Assembly (NCBI GenBank): GCA_964012805.1
Contig: CAXGUD010000030.1
Coordinates: 1 to 46,086, forward strand
Reading direction: 5' to 3'
DNA length: 46,086 nt
From: an uncultured Bacteriovoracaceae bacterium
GTDB taxonomy: Bacteria; Bdellovibrionota; Bacteriovoracia; Bacteriovoracales; Bacteriovoracaceae
In this document: in pieces, positions 45,443 to 46,086 of the stretch
How the letters are laid out: every line of letters starts with the position of its first letter
How positions within the stretch are numbered: position 1 is the stretch's first letter
Notes under the pieces: model-generated
Databases searched by the model: none
Told to the model about the DNA's origin: nothing
Seen by the model: the letters and a program-made list of their open reading frames with translations, nothing else
Made by a program: the position numbers and the translations under genes

Positions 45443-46086
45443 ATGAGGATAGTTATATTTAGCAAGGAAGCTCAGCTGGATGGTATTTCCCATCATGTGC
45501 CTTCTGAAAAATTTATGGTGTCTCTTTCGATAGAGGATATAGAGGCTTTTTGCAAAGTCGATGAACTCACATACCTTTTTATAGATATTGATGACGCTAA
45601 TGGTAGCGGACACCAACTTAACAAGTTAATGTTGGGCTTAACTCATGTGAAGCGGGTAGTCCTCTCAGGTCATTTTTCTCCAAAGGATTTTAAAAAGCAT
45701 CAATTTTCAGATGAGGGTGCTGATGGTTATTTGAAAAAGCCATTCGACTCATCAGACTTTTTAGACCTGATAGAAGACTTTTCTTACTTCTACAGAGATG
45801 ATTCTTCAGAAATAGACTCTAAGTTGTCTGGTGGTAATGACTTACAAGCAAGCAGTGATGAATCTACTTCTGGCGATGCTAAAGAAAAGTTTCCCTTTGA
45901 ATCGAAGCTTAATGATCAAATTCAAAAGAAATTTGACTATGTATTTGAGGATGAAGACGAAGATTCTTCAAAAGGGCTTTTTGCAAGGGATTTAAAGCCT
46001 GAAGAGCTTATTTTACCGGATGAGCTTGATAGTGGAGATCCTCAGATTGAAACAAATGATAAGTCCATGGGAGGTGAACTGCCTCC
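45443..46086 (+). CDS. 3'-partial protein with N-terminal atypical receiver and acidic linker (AglZ/FrzS-like N-terminus)
   Basis: Hand translation from ATG 45443 is open to the window end: MRIVIFSKE...LFIDID...VVLSG...FKKHQFSDEGADGYLKKPF, then D/E/S-rich. Absent from the ORF track because no stop is in the window. Confidence 0.8.
   Translation, partial: MRIVIFSKEAQLDGISHHVPSEKFMVSLSIEDIEAFCKVDELTYLFIDIDDANGSGHQLNKLMLGLTHVKRVVLSGHFSPKDFKKHQFSDEGADGYLKKPFDSSDFLDLIEDFSYFYRDDSSEIDSKLSGGNDLQASSDESTSGDAKEKFPFESKLNDQIQKKFDYVFEDEDEDSSKGLFARDLKPEELILPDELDSGDPQIETNDKSMGGELP

Noticed and set aside
352..45616. Many short ORFs in the track (e.g. 352..771, 8387..8731, 29373..29666, 38281..38643, 45416..45616)
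   Set aside because: They lie antisense to, or out of frame within, well-supported genes and carry no motifs: shadow ORFs.
1..46086. CRISPR array, rRNA, IS/transposase, prophage or defence genes
   Set aside because: No regularly spaced repeats or corresponding protein motifs seen.

Overview
Bacterial chromosomal window, AT-rich. Gene content suggests Bdellovibrionota, probably Bacteriovoracaceae/Halobacteriovorax-like; this is an inference, not a search result. It has three parts. (1) 1-4320: a very AT-rich accessory strip with a CheA-like kinase tail lacking its CheW-like domain, small secreted proteins/lipoproteins, an ankyrin lipoprotein and a foreign-looking polysaccharide-lyase-fold gene. 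It abuts the 3' end of tRNA-Leu(TAA), which is followed by att-arm-like repeats. (2) A core backbone: a stand-alone divergent nuoB-nuoCD-nuoI trio, aat, an arginase-family gene, map, a degenerate NifU, a plant-AAE17/18-like acyl-CoA ligase, tatC, hldD, FliG-C, htpG, mce, a rhomboid-like gene, fliL, a serine protease, ald, an M16 peptidase pair and an LD-peptidase/bactofilin operon. (3) The best candidate for an undescribed system is an ~8.1 kb AT-rich signalling cluster (26472-34580) around a photoactive yellow protein (PYP) homolog that retains Y42/E46/C69. The PYP gene is coupled to a truncated, P-loop-less CoA-ligase-like gene and is divergent from a PAS histidine kinase and a hybrid REC-kinase. 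The cluster also holds two paralogous tandem-receiver proteins, a sensorless phytochrome-type kinase and a CheB-less CheR-PAS protein. No tyrosine ammonia-lyase is in the window. All family calls come from motif recognition by eye; no searches were run.
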